Source: Lepidodermella squamata
Taxonomy: Eukaryota > Animalia > Gastrotricha
Reading direction: 5' to 3'
Assembly: GCA_047495785.1 (NCBI GenBank)
Contig: JBLDXI010000029.1
Span: 1,736,001-1,800,000, forward strand
Length of the DNA stretch: 64,000 nucleotides
Below the pieces are notes generated by a model. The model did not search any database. It was given only the letters and a program-made list of their open reading frames with translations, and was not told the DNA's origin. Both the position numbers and the translations under genes were made by a program. Positions 1 to 10,743 of this stretch are shown one piece after another. The first letter of the stretch is position 1; each line of letters opens with the position of its first letter.

Positions 1-1175
1 GCGCAAAGTGGAGAAAAATAACAATTGCGTTTAAAAACACGAGCGGCCGGAAACAGTTTAAAAAGAGCGATCACCGCCCTGGTAATAATAGCTTTATCGA
101 AAAACATTGTTATAAAAACTATCAATATATGAAAGAAAGTGAACAATGCTGTGTATTTTACGCGCTTTTTGGCAGGCGCAGGTAATAAAACGCGCGACGC
201 GCACATGGCCGCATTTTTCGATAGGCGCGCTCGCTGAGCTTTGATTAATAATAAGAAGCGATTTTGATTGTTTTATTGTTGTTGTGTCGTGTTTTTGTTA
301 TTTTGCAGGCTCCATTGTCTCAATAAAACGCCTGTTCACATATGAAAAATGCAGCATAAATATACACGGTGATTGATGATTAATGATTCTCTTGAACGCG
401 CTCCCGGAAATCGCATCTATTCGCGCTCTTTCAAATTCACGTAGGGTTATTAGAAAAACAATGCGCCTTAATACGCGTATATATTTGCGTGTCTGATGCT
501 TTTTGCGCGCACGCGCCCGACCTGATAATAAATAATAATAATCAGGCATAATCAAGCGCGGTGAGTTTAAAAATAATACACCTCTTCAAATCGCGGTGTG
601 AAGCAAAAACAAGACACGCTGTCGCGATTTTTCGCATCCGGTTTTTTGGCGTCGACAAATTAATATGTTATTAATAAGTAATAAATTGATAATATTTACA
701 TTCGCACTGTGCAATAAGTCAGGCGGTGGCGATTAATTTTTCGGGCCCGCCATGATGTGTCCCAATTGTTTTCCTGTTTATTGTTTTGCTAACGGTCGGT
801 GCGCCAACAACAGCTTTTAATTGAAAAAATTATTCCGCTGTGAATTAAATCAAGCTAAATAACTAAATATTTTTTCCATCGTCGATTTTTATTGACAAAT
901 TTTCGTAATACAAAGAGATTTTTTGAGCTTTCAGTTGTGCAGTGATTTTGTAACATTATTTGTTTGTTTTTCGATTTCAAGAGACAACCGAGAAATGAGG
1001 AGGCAATATCCGCCAATAACGATCGATAAATTGGAAGAAATTCTTGTTGAAAATTGCACATCATGAGAGGCATTTAGTAGAAAAATTAGCGCTAAATATA
1101 TGAACAACATTGCTATGTAAATTACACAAAAATCAAATCACACATTTTTTTGTATTGAAGATCAGACAGCCGTCA

Positions 1176-4100
1176 TTAGTTGTCAAATTCTGCGAGCGGA
1201 GCCTCGCCATTTTTCGTGTAGAACGTGTATTGAGATGTGACAGGGTCGTAGCACGGACTGCTCTTCAAAACACAGCCTGGTCCAATTGCTGAATAGGCGA
1301 ATCCCTGAAACGAAAAATGATTAGTAAAATCACGGATTTAAGTTGATAAAAAAATATAATACAATTTTCACAGCCAAAAGAACTTAAAAAATCATAAAAA
1401 ATGTCTGGCAAAATTCTAGAAAATCGTGATTCTCGAAGTCATGACGAGGCCCGTGCATAATTTGTTTTTAATTTCCAATGAGTAGGTATGGGGTATGGGG
1501 AGCGAGTCCACCTCCCATTGCCCCTCCTGTCCCCTTACAACCGCGTGTAAACAAACGCCGGCCATAGTGGCACAAAGGGCAGTGCCGTGCATCCTCAGAG
1601 AGGCAGCCGGGGTACGAGAATTTTCGAACTCTCTTGCTGCGCGTTGCACTGGGCAAGTAATCCCATATTGTGGAGATTTGGTTCATTTATTTCGGTCACT
1701 CTTCCATGAAAATCGTTAAAAAATCGCGATAGCCAAAGCTCGCTTTGCTCGTATCTCACGATGTTCATCAGAAAACCAGCTAAAAATGGGGACATGCAAA
1801 TTTTGAAAAATTAATGCAAATTATTTGATATCTCGGACGCAGAGTTTTAAATTTACTATCAAATTCCCCTACACTGAAAAACAATAAATTAGCAGGGGTT
1901 GTAACGTAGCCAGGTAAAAATGTAGGTTTTGAGATCTTCAAGAGCCAGTGTTCAAAAGCCCGACCCTAAATGTATATAAATTATACATTTTCGGCGATTA
2001 AATCTAAAAAATTGTGAAAAAAATAGAATACAACTCAAATTTCCCCAACACACGATCTCTCGAGTTTGATGACTTCCTTTAGAATCTCAATTCTTGTAGT
2101 GTTATGCCTAAACGGCAGATCTGCCAATTGCGTTGATTTTGCGCTTCTGTCAGTCAATTTGCGAGATATCGTTCAACCAGCATAGCCGATATCGAGTTCC
2201 AATATCGATTTTGAAATTCAGTAATTTCTCCGAATTCGGCAATTTGGGAAAATTGAAAAATTTACTACCTTAGAATACCAGGTAGTTAACATAAGTATCA
2301 AAATTGAGAATGTCATTTTGCAGAACCAAGCTCAAAATTTGCCAAATGTTGATTTTCAAAAAATTCTGAGAATTTGGGGCAACATATGATTTCCAAAGTG
2401 AACGCAATATCTTGCACAGAATTTTACGCTGAATTTAAAAACAATTTATTTAGAATTATGATGATTTATAATAACATCTTCGGAAGTTTTGAAAAGTGGT
2501 TTCAGGCGCCCCGAAAATTCCAAAATTTGGTTAGTTTGAATATTGCAAATTTTTAGAGCCAATACTTATTTTCATACCTGGCAAGCCGGATGATTGTCAC
2601 ACAACTTGGCGCAATGCGGGTATTGAAGCGGCAACAACTCTCCGATATTATTCTCCGGGCAGTTGCCCTCCATCGGGGTGTACAAATACGCAACAGGCCG
2701 CCGAGACGTTACCGGCTCCGGCGTCGTAGTCGTAGTCGTAGTCGTAGTCGAAGTCGTTGTTGTCGTAGTCGGAACAGGCGGCGAAGTTTTAACTGGCACC
2801 GCTTGCCTCCTCGGTGTCGCCATCAACTGGCTAAGGCGTTGTCGTTGTGTTTTCAGCGATTTCAACGGCCTCGGGGTTGGAAATTCATAGGCGGCTGGAT
2901 CCTCGTTCGGCGCGGATAAATCGTTATTATCCCCGATGAAATTATCGACCATAGCCACTAAATGGTCCTCACTGCGTAGTTTTTTGCTGTTGGAATTTTG
3001 AACCGACAAAGATTGAACTTTCGCATCTAAAATATAAAATTTTGAAATTTTGAAAAAAATAAATAAATTCCTAATATATTTTACTGTGCGGAAAATGAGT
3101 GAATAATTAAAATATTGTGTGAGAAAATTTGATGCGAAAAATTATAATTGAACTAGGTCAAAACAAAAAATTACGACAAATTTAAACCTTCATCCTGGAA
3201 GAATTTATTCAAGATGTCATCTGTAAAAAAAATCGAAAGCAAAACTCGAGTTAGCCAATTCTTTATCTTTTTTATAAAAAGCCGCTCTGAAAGCGACTGA
3301 CCCCTCCGGAAGTGGCCCCAATTAAGGAGCCACCAGCCCGGAACGTTCATCAACGGCCAACGAGACCGGCTAATGATAGCCAGTCAAGTGCGGCCAAGTT
3401 CGCGCTCAGGGCCAGTCACCACGCCTCGTCATCGCGGTTTGGGTTTGTCGTCAGATGAGGCTGACGTTGGGGCAAAACTTAATAAAGTAATGATCCCAAG
3501 AAGTATGATCTTAATTATTTTCTAAAAAATTTTATCGCCCCGTTTTGCTACGAATATCTAAGCATCCAAGCGCGTAATTTATGTATTCACAAAAAAAATA
3601 AAAAAAAAATAAAAAAAACGATAATAAAAATTGTGTGCAACCACGTGGATTCGAACCCATGACACATTAAATTAACGTACGCGCACACTCAAAATGAGTC
3701 TGGTGTGCGAGGGAACTTTATTAACGCGCGCAAAATTAAGTGTGCGCGTAAATTATTTTCCATTTTTGTTATTCTAGACCCCTATGGATGGAGAATTTTC
3801 TGAACATTTTTTTGAAATAAAAACCGCCTAAATTTTCGAAAGTAACCCTTTGACTTCATGGTCACTTTCCTCTATTTTTTCCACAATTATTGAAAATTCA
3901 GAATAAAATTATTAACCTTTTCGATAGAACTTGAACGGTGAATTTTCGCCAGTCGGATGGGAACATTCACGTTGCGCCTTCAGGAAGCAGTCTTTGATGC
4001 CATGCGAGTACGAAAATCCCTCGCAATCGGCCAGAAAATCGCACAGCCGCGCGCAGTCTGTAATTGACCCGAGATTTTTGTGCGCCGATAATGTCCCGCC

Positions 4101-5414
4101 AAGGCAATTAACGTTGAATTCACTGTAGCCCTGAACCGCCCGGCTGACAATCATGCGAACTTTAACAGGCTCAGCATCGGGCGTTAACAAATCCAAGGCT
4201 GACTCGGTTGGCTCGACTGGTAAACTTTCAGTGGTTTGCGGAGGCAAAGTTGCGATTTCCGCCATTTCAGGCTCTGGCGTTATGGTTTCGACGGATTGTG
4301 GATTTGATTCCATGGAATTTGCTTTTTGGTGGAAATAATCGTTAGATGACTGGTCTTCAGTCCGCCACTTTCGATTAGGCTTAGCTTGGGCGAATTCGTA
4401 ACTTGACATGTATTTACGATTCACCTTACTTTGATAACTGCTCGCGTCATCGTTTGCGAGAGTAAACAGTTTGCTTTGGCTGATTATTTCATACGGCCTT
4501 GGTTCTGAAAAATAAAAATTTCGAATAAATTCAAGAAATTCATGTAATTTTGCTGAATTTATATCCAAATTCTTACGTGCTGTTTAAAAAAACCGAAAAT
4601 TTTAGTCAAATGTTGGTCTCATAAATGGCGCTTACTTCTAAGGTAGTATTCCTGTTGAGATCGCTGCGGATCGCTGTTGGTCCTTCTGAATAGTATGCAA
4701 ACTCGAGTAATGGATGAAGTCGAAAATCCAGAGCACGAATCTTCGCCTAAACTTCGGCAAACTTCGGCGCATTGCTGTCGCGGAAGGCCAAAGTGGATGC
4801 CTACGACTACGTCGATAACCAACATCGAGTTGCGTTTGGTGATCATTTGACTGCCAAGTTGCGGATTCTTTTCTTCACCTAGCTTGGCTGAACCGAGAAC
4901 GAAATCATTCCCAACATCGGCACCTGAAATAGTATATTGAAAATAAAGGTTAATTCAAACCATAACAGCAGACCGCCATAGTAGCAAATGCCCAAAACAG
5001 CAAACGCGACAAAACAGCAGATTTTTTCACTTGCGACATAACAGCAGAAACACGTTGCATCTTTTACATAGTAATTTTTCGCTGTTTTGTCGCATAATAC
5101 AGAATTTGCTGTTTTGTCGCAATCGATGTTCTGCGAAGTTGCTGTTTTGTCGCATTAACAAATAGGCATAAGTTGGAAAAGTGTTATAAAGGGAATTTTA
5201 TTAGATTTTTTTTTGTAATTGAGAAAAAATTGCAAAACTTTAAAAATATCATGGAGCTACATGTTTCAAAAATTTCAAAATTAAGAATCATTTTTAGTTA
5301 AAATATTAAAACAAAATTAGCAAAAAATTGGTGAAAATCCGTAATTATGACCCACTCACCTTGGACTGCTTGAAAAATGACAAAAGCTGATAAGAGGATA
5401 GCTTGCCTCATCAT
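1176..5414 (-). CDS. Secreted protein with three PAN/Apple-like Cys domains and Thr-rich linkers (5 exons)
   Basis: Manual exon model 5414-5360, 4923-4636, 4504-3917, 3026-2578, 1304-1176, all GT-AG and in frame. Signal peptide MMRQAILLSAFVIFQAVQG. Three CxxxC..C.GF(S/A)...C.L motifs (CAEVC, CARLC, CAKLC). Poly-Thr tract near 2725-2770. Confidence 0.8.
1498..1650 (+). repeat. Dispersed repeat with tRNA-like segment (copy 1, B-box deleted)
   Basis: Aligns by eye to the reverse complement of 45017-45192 (gggagcgagtccacctcccat...gtccccttacaaccgcgt...ggccatrgtggc). Lies in an intron of the PAN gene. Confidence 0.7.
4975..5155. repeat. Palindromic minisatellite or MITE-like intronic repeat
   Basis: gcgacaaaacagc-type units on the left face three gctgttttgtcgc units on the right. 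Confidence 0.55.
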
Positions 5415-6661
5415 AGCTACTAAGCCTCGACTATTAGAAAAAAATCAAATCGAACGGCGGCGATTTTGTTTGATTTGAAACTACTATTTTACGCGTAATA
5501 GACGAGCGGTCGTACTCTCAAATAATAATTGCAATTAAAAAGCGATGCTTCTCGTTGTTCTTGTTGCATTTTCTTGTTATAACAGTTATTGCGCGTAATT
5601 AATGTAATGGCGCGACTTTTTGAGAGGGGGCGGGCGGGCGAGCGCGCGGGAGGACGCGAGGCATTTAGCGCGCAGGTAAACACGCGCGCAAACACACCAC
5701 ACACGCAAACCTACTAATAAAACGGCAGGATGTAGAAAAGCAGCAAGTGTGGCAGAACGCGCGTATGTTTCACGACGTTGTTTCTGTTTCACAATGTATG
5801 TTCAACAAGTATGTATATGCGTGTTTATTTTGTACCATACGATTGCGCCGAATATAACGACGTTGTTTTGTGTCTGCAGCCGCCTTAAAGCCCCCACTCG
5901 TCGTTGTCACTTGTCGCGTTGATTTTTGCTTTTTGCTCGAGAGCGCTCCTCATATATAGTACATGCGCGCACGTTTAAAACAACGTCGTTCCGAGGCGAT
6001 TAGCGCAAACATAGCGCGAAGCGTCGGTTTTCCTTGTTGCTACGGGCGCGTGATTTCGCAGCCGTAATTATATAATCCATGTATGATCGCGCCAAGGTGA
6101 TGTATTTTATGCGGGATGAACGGGTACAATGGCTGCAGTTTTTGACCAAAAACCTGTTGCTGCCAAGCGTGCATTCAAAATAACATACAAATCCACTGAA
6201 GTAAAACTGCTGTTCATCAGTCGGACCAGTCGGATCATCAGTCAGTGTTTTATGCCAATACGTTTTTTCAGATTTTGAATGCAATGCTTAATTGGTTTCC
6301 TAATTGCACTCAAAATTCCTAATGCCGCATATTCAAGAGTGAAAGTTCTGACTGATTGCTTCCTTTGATCTATTGAATTGAATTCTGAAATTGCGTCTGG
6401 AACGCTCGTATAATATTCATAATTCGTATGTAGCTGGAAGCCAAGGTTGGTTTTTCTGAAAATGGAAAGTTAGTAATCACTTGGCGCACATGAGCGAAGT
6501 GGAGAGCAGAGAAATAGAATAGAAAATATCTTTTGGATTATTCTCCTCTTTATTTATCGACCAAATCATATGCATTCAAATCAGCACATTTTATCTCCAC
6601 ACATCTCATCTGAGCTGATCCTGCTTCTCCTGCTCGAGCAATCTCCACAATCCTCAGACAA

Positions 6662-6974
6662 TCACGCGGCGACGCATTTTTTGCCTCTCATTACGCCATT
6701 CTTCTTCTTAGAAAGTTTACAGGGAACAGGGGCTGGAGGAGTTTCAATTTCCACGCAGCCTCCACCAGGGACTCTTCTCCATGTGCCAGGCTTTCCATTC
6801 GCCGTTGTGCACGGCTCGCCTCTTGCTGCCTCTTGCTGCTCGGCTAATTCGAGGCCTTCAGTCAAGAAAACTAATGCGACCGCAGCCTGTTGGCAAATAT
6901 ATTAAGACTCACATAATTAACTAAATGCTGTTTAGCCTTACCATAACACAGATGAACAATGCGAGCTTTGCCAT
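6662..6974 (-). CDS. Small secreted cationic Cys-containing prepropeptide, copy 1 (85 aa, 2 exons)
   Basis: Exons 6974-6942 and 6886-6662 with a 55-nt GTAAG..CAG intron give MAKLALFICVMAAVALVFLTEGLELAEQQEAAR-GEPCTTANGKPGTWRRVPGGGCVEIETPPAPVPCKLSKKKNGVMRGKKCVAA. AATAAA near 6549-6554. Paralogue at 9795-10032. Confidence 0.85.
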
Positions 6975-7792
6975 GGATTTTGGAAAACTTGAAACTTGAA
7001 AAAAATTATTATCACGAAGATAGATGAGAGAACAATGAACGAATACTTATCGCAATCGACTCAACTATTTATCGGCTTAATATGCACTCGAATCTTAACC
7101 AGCTGCGAAGCTCTGACGCACAAGAAGAGAATATGCCGTAGAGCAGGCGCACCTCTGACGTAAAACAAAAGTTTGACAGTGATGACACTGTGTCAACAAT
7201 TCGTTGCAGAGAAAAATGCATTCATTACCCATAATCACCCATTTTATTTCCGAACTCAGTGCGCATTGCGTGCTAAAGGAAAGTAATAGCGGCTTTGCTG
7301 ATTCATCACTTGCAAGCAAGCATGGAGTGATATCGATGCGGGATCCTGTCGTTTGCTGCTATCTCTAAAGGGTAGACTTTCCATGTTTCCCATGATTCCC
7401 ATGATTGCTGGGGATATCAGGTGTATTGATCGATGCTGTAATGTTCACACAATCGATATTTGCACACGGTTTATGTTGTAAAATGGGGGTAAAATAGGGT
7501 GTTTGACAATCTTTGATTGCCAAATCTTTCACCAACGGAAGAGTCGGAATACTTGAGTCATATATCAACAGATTGAGCGGGAACAACTGGGTAAGGATGT
7601 GTCATTTACCGTGTAAATTAGGATGTTTTCGAGAATTCTGCAACTCAAGTATGATTTCTGGTACCGAATTAATCTTTTTGTCCTCCCAGTGTATCTCCGT
7701 AGTACGCCAATACCTAATTCTGCTTTTTCTAGAGCTAAAGAAGAGTTTCGAACAGCTGTTGCAATCTCTACGCAGACTCCAACGGCGACCGC

Positions 7793-7960
7793 TCAATATG
7801 CCCATATGACCTTCCCAGACGCATGCCGCTCACTTCTTGCTGCCTCTTGCTGCTCGGGGCCAACGGCCAATAGAAATGGCGCGACTGCGGTTTGTTAGAA
7901 ACTAATGACTCAAATGATTAACAGAAGGTTGTGTAGCCTCACCGCAGCACAGCTCTGACG
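7793..7960 (-). pseudogene. Decayed copy of the prepropeptide gene
   Basis: Retains AVA..L...EQQEAAR coding sequence and a GTGAGG donor. The acceptor AG is mutated to AA, the start is not recognisable, the cysteines are lost and an early stop follows. Confidence 0.7.
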
Positions 7961-8581
7961 TGAAATGAGATGATGAAGCATAGCGGGAGTACCCCAGAAG
8001 CAAAAGTTGGATAAGTGACAGCTGTTTCAACCATTCGTTGTAAAGATGGGCGCATTTTCGCGCACTGAGGTAGGCTAGCGGAGAGTACTGATCGATTAAT
8101 GCCACGGTCATTTCATTTTTAAGCTAACGAACGCGTCATTACATTAATCGTAAAAAGAGGCAAAGCTGATTCATAGCATGCAAATTGCAAACGAGACAAA
8201 TGTTCACAATATCTACGCAGGACCCCGCCGTCTGTCGCTCTCTATATTGGGTATACTTCCCATACTTTCCCCCCAATAATTCCATTGGTATATTCTGTTA
8301 TTGCTGTATATTCAATGTTCACACTTTCTGACATTCTCGCAGTTCTTTTGTATCTTGAGCTTTCGAGCGTTATTTCAGAACAGTGTGCGAAGTAGGATCC
8401 GGGTGATTTCTTGCACCCAGCCGTACAAACCAGGGTCCCCCTGTGGTTTTTACAGCCTTCGTCTGCTTGGAGTCCCGGAGCAGAAGTGTCGCGACACCCC
8501 GGCACGCCTGTACTTCGCACTATGTTTCAGAAGTTGTGAAGTTGCTCACCGGTTCTCCTTAGTTCAACACTCTCACAGAAA

Positions 8582-9252
8582 AGACGGGTTAGCGTAATGC
8601 AAAAAAACCGCATAAAGGCGCCTTAGCCTAAGGCGCCCTGTATTTTCGTAAGACGCCTTGAAGGCGCCTTTACTAAGACGTCTTAGCCTGCTGAGGCGCC
8701 TTTATCAAGACGTCTTTGTGGCAGAATTGAGCTTTAAAAAATCTATTAAAAAATCTATATAGGCTGTTGGGTTCGAACCCACGCACAATCATCCTCTCAG
8801 ACAACCCATCATCCTCTCTAACCACTACGCCACCACTGCTCTTGAAAAAATTGTGCGATTTTTTGTTACTTGATCTGGATTTTTTTTGGTCAGTTGCACT
8901 CGCAAAAAATGTCAAGTCCCTGAAAAGACGTCCTAAGAAGACGACTTGGTAAGGCATCTTTAAAAGACGACTTCGTAAGACGTCTCAAGAAGACGCCTTG
9001 GTAAGTCATCTCTTAAAGACGCCTGGGTAAGGCGTCCATGACGAAGACGTCTTGGCAAGGCGCCTTAAAATTTTTGATTTTTTGTCAAAGTCCCCGGCTG
9101 ACCGAGTTTTTTGTCATTAATCAGCCTAGGCTGTGAATCACAGCCCTCTAAGACGCCTTAGAGTGATGAATCAAGATGCAAGGCGACTTGAAGACGCCTT
9201 AAAGGCGCCTTGGAGCGGCTCTAAGGCGCCTTGGGCCTCATCAAACCCGTCC
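8582..9252. mobile_element. Non-autonomous element with short inverted ends, many aaggcgcctt/aagacgtctt palindromes and an internal tRNA-like A/B-box cassette
   Basis: gacgggtt...aacccgtc ends. Numerous 10-bp palindromic units in both arms. Minus-strand TGGCGTAGTGG (about 8820-8834) and GGTTCGAACCC (8769-8780). Confidence 0.6.
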
Positions 9253-9794
9253 TAAAAATGAGAGTGAATGCGCGAGCGTGTGGTAACTGGTAACATCTGT
9301 GCCAACTAAATTCGCCCGCGTATGAGCGAAGTTCCCAGAAAGAGAACCAGAAATTAAAATTTCGAAGAGCTAACGAAATCGGAAACCGTCTGTTTCGAGT
9401 TGAAGCAGCTCTTTGATAAAATGTATTTTTAGCGAAATCGGCATGTTTCAGTAATGTGCAAGTATGGTGCATTGATGCTGATAATGTCCTAATTTCAATA
9501 ATGTTTGCAACTCTTCTGAAACCTTGATGCCTGATATCGGATATCAAGTTGATGAGGTTAATCTATCTGGTAATTTACCATTGACATTGAAAATACGTGC
9601 TTGGCTTTGATGTCTAATAATGTGCTATACATTCATGCTGGGAGAATTAGGATATCTTCGATATCTTGGAGAGAAAGGAATGCGTGCATCGTCTCCTCTT
9701 TATTTATTCCTCCGCTATTTTTCCATTTAATTCAGCACATATAAAATCTCCATATCTCATCTAATCTGTGCGGCTCCCACATCTCAAGGTCATT

Positions 9795-10032
9795 TCAATA
9801 ACCGCTCGCGCAAAATCCAGTCGGAAAGCCTCTCTTCCATACGCCAGGCTTTCCATTCCGCAAAGTGCACTGCCCCTTTCTTGCTGCTTCTAGGTTCTCG
9901 GCAACCTCAAGGGCCTCAGCCATGAAAAATAGTGCGACCGCGGCCTGTTAGAAAATATATAAGGACTCAACAAAATATACAAAGTTTGATTAGCCTCACC
10001 AGAACACAGAAAAACAATGCGAGCTTCGTCAT
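9795..10032 (-). CDS. Small secreted cationic one-disulfide prepropeptide, copy 3 (60 aa, 2 exons; absent from the ORF track)
   Basis: Exons 10032-10000 and 9944-9795 with a 55-nt intron give MTKLALFFCVLAAVALFFMAEALEVAENLEAAR-KGQCTLRNGKPGVWKRGFPTGFCASGY. Intron position and UTR blocks are conserved with copy 1. Confidence 0.85.
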
Positions 10033-10743
10033 GGTAAAACTTGTAAAACTTGAAACTTGAAACTTACTTGTTATCAAGGAGATAGAAAAGAGACGAATGA
10101 TCCTATTGTTATGATGACGAATGCGTTGGGAAATTCGTATATCGTAAAAGGCAGCAGAGCTGATTCATAACTTGAATCGCTGGAGCCCACCGTCTGTATT
10201 TGGCTATCATATGCCCATCACATGTAGAGTACTCTGTGCTCATTAACTATCACGCCTTGATCTACTCACCGTTTACTTTTTCTTAGTTCTTAGTGATTTC
10301 CATCAACATTCGTCTAACTCATAAGCTTTAATCAACTCTGACAGCTTTCTGAGTACAGCTTTTTAAGGCGATAGCCTTTTCTTTGATTATGTCAGTCGAT
10401 TGCAGGAATTGCAAGCTAAAAACGTTAACTAACATCTATGGAACAGACTGTTAAACGATTTATTTGGGCTGGATTGTGGCCGCATTATGAATGGTTTTTG
10501 GACCAAATCGTGGGAACAAAACTGGTTTTCGGATGATTTTTTCCCCCATGTCCTGATAATTCTGCTTACAAGCTAATAAACAGTGCGGGAATTTGCATTG
10601 ACATAAAGGCGTTACTACATGTCGCAAGAATGCAATATGCCACCCAAGCAGAATCGCATCTGGCGTGCACACTGAATCATACATTTTTGCTTCCACGCAC
10701 TGGTAAATAGTATAATGTATTTCGACCTATAACAAATAAATAA

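Noticed and set aside
1-1100. Short ORFs in CG-dinucleotide-rich, AT-rich DNA (also 5450-6300)
   Set aside because: No recognisable motifs or exon structure; probably non-coding.
2590-2919. Arg/Ser-rich and poly-Val plus-strand ORFs
   Set aside because: Antisense shadows of the poly-Thr codons of the PAN gene.
8600-9250. Recurring palindromic repeats resembling a CRISPR array
   Set aside because: Units are about 10 bp, irregularly spaced and degenerate, with no cas genes in a eukaryotic context; they fit subterminal repeats of a non-autonomous element.
10438-10536. Short ORF MEQTVKRFIWAGLW... as Duox first exon or uORF
   Set aside because: No convincing signal peptide or donor site; cannot be supported without transcripts.
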